This document shows, one piece after another, positions 41,538 through 42,551 of a stretch of 42,551 nucleotides of DNA (positions are counted from its first letter, which is position 1; each line of letters starts with the position of its first letter). A program made the position numbers and the translations under genes. A model generated the notes under the pieces. That model saw nothing but the letters and a program-made list of their open reading frames with translations. It searched no databases and was not told the DNA's origin. Origin of the DNA: Trypethelium eluteriae. Taxonomy: Eukaryota. Location of the stretch: contig JAVECL010000151.1 in the NCBI GenBank assembly GCA_051942245.1, positions 1-42,551 of the forward strand, given 5' to 3'.

Positions 41538-42385
41538 TGTTGAAGATCAACCTGAATCCATCCTACTTAGGCTAGCGCACCTGAAACCTTACACAAAAAA
41601 AACCCCTCCGACCTAGATAGCTTTATAAAATTAAGATATTAATTTTAATAGGTTATGAGCCCGGTGTTTGCGCTTTACTCTCCTTATCCTATCCTTTAAT
41701 TCTTCCAGTACTACCTCTGATATGGCTTTATTTAAATTAGATATATTTTAGCCCTCCCTTACCTTAATTTTAATGGATTAAACTTTCTAAAATAGCGCTT
41801 ATCTTAAGAGATTGCCTTTTGCTATTTTAAACTTTATAATCTTACTTTTAGCAACTTATTTAAATTAAAGATTAAAAAAGAGCAGAAGAATTAAAATATT
41901 TTAAATAATAAAGCAATAATAATATTATTAACTGCTGCGCTTTAGCATATATTTATTATTACATCTGCTTTAAAAAGTTATATATTAGCAGTTTAAAGTT
42001 ATTTTAAAAAGCAATTTAATTAAGATATAAAACATATAATTATTTATTATATACACTAACTAACTAACTTTTAATATTTTAATAAAAAAATTCTTTGCAA
42101 TTATATTAACACTTTTTATTAACAGTGGACCTTTTTTTAAAAGCATTATTAAACCTTTAAATAAACAGTAGCTATTTTAATAAAAGTTATATTTAAATCT
42201 AATAATATTAAAGGATCCTTTTTTTTTATAACCCTGTTTAACATAATAAACCATATTATTAATAATTTTATAACACAAAATATCATCAAATTTATAAAAA
42301 TTTAGCCATAAATTCTTAATTTATACAAAAAAAATATTATTAACTCTAACAAAAATAATAATAGCAGCACCTACTTTACCTTTAC
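41538..42385 (+). mobile_element. RIP-mutated Ty1/copia LTR retrotransposon fragment: short 5' LTR (~41538-41650), primer-binding site, gag remnant
   Basis: LTR starts TGTTGAAGAT and ends AATTTTAATA (C>T-mutated ...TTCAACA), immediately followed by GGTTATGAGCCCGG. The downstream AT/TpA-rich stretch translates with many TAA/TAG stops into a gag-like sequence (NFNGLNFLK*, V*SYFKKQFN*D, SNNIKGSFFFITLFNIINHIINN). Confidence 0.8.
41651..41664 (+). other. Primer-binding site complementary to the anticodon arm of initiator tRNA-Met (Ty5/copia half-tRNA priming type)
   Basis: GGTTATGAGCCC(GG) is the reverse complement of (CC)GGGCUCAUAACC of fungal tRNAi-Met, and sits directly after the LTR end. Confidence 0.8.
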
Positions 42386-42551
42386 TGTTATGAGCCTATA
42401 CCCCCTGGTACAAGCACAGCTTGTAGCAGGTCCGTAGAAGGGTCTCAGGGTTTTTCACGTAGGAGCGGAGTGTCAAGGATCCAATGATATAAGAAGGGTC
42501 ACTAAGCTTTGAACAACTTGGTAATGAATAAGGACTTGTTCAATTCGGCTC
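42386..42551. mobile_element. Probable start of a second LTR inserted into the copia gag (runs off window)
   Basis: The AT-rich gag remnant stops abruptly at TGTTATGAGCC. GC content then rises, and a TATAAG and an AATAA-like motif follow, as in LTRs. Confidence 0.45.

Noticed and set aside
41580..42450. Weak inverted similarity CCTGAAACCTTACAC / GTAGAAGGGTCTCAGG as DNA-transposon TIRs
   Set aside because: The match is short and imperfect, and the LTR-PBS-gag interpretation explains the region better.

Overview
Intron-rich genomic DNA from a filamentous ascomycete (Pezizomycotina; I cannot assign the species). Two blocks of ordinary genes flank an accessory-looking segment. The left block holds an alpha/beta hydrolase 3' end, a secreted type-B carboxylesterase, COA1, a small membrane protein, nuc-2/PHO81, GPI10 and a GH131 glucanase. 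The right block holds palA/RIM20, ATX1, HEM2 and SEC23. The ~14 kb between them (15-29.5 kb) carries an intact ~1414-aa NACHT (NLR-like) gene, a large cell-surface protein gene disrupted near its 5' end, a 325-bp MITE-like inverted-repeat element, a Kex2-processed 8-Cys secreted protein with SIX1/Avr3-type (FOLD) cysteine spacing 325 bp downstream of that element, and a solitary DUF3328/UstYa oxidase with no repeat-type RiPP precursor in the window. The window ends in a RIP-mutated Ty1/copia retrotransposon (short LTR, half-tRNAi-Met primer site, gag), apparently interrupted by a second LTR. Splicing oddities include an intron splitting the nuc-2 start codon and a required 5-nt microexon in SEC23. 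All gene models were built by hand from GT-AG sites and reading-frame continuity; family assignments come from recognised motifs, not database searches.
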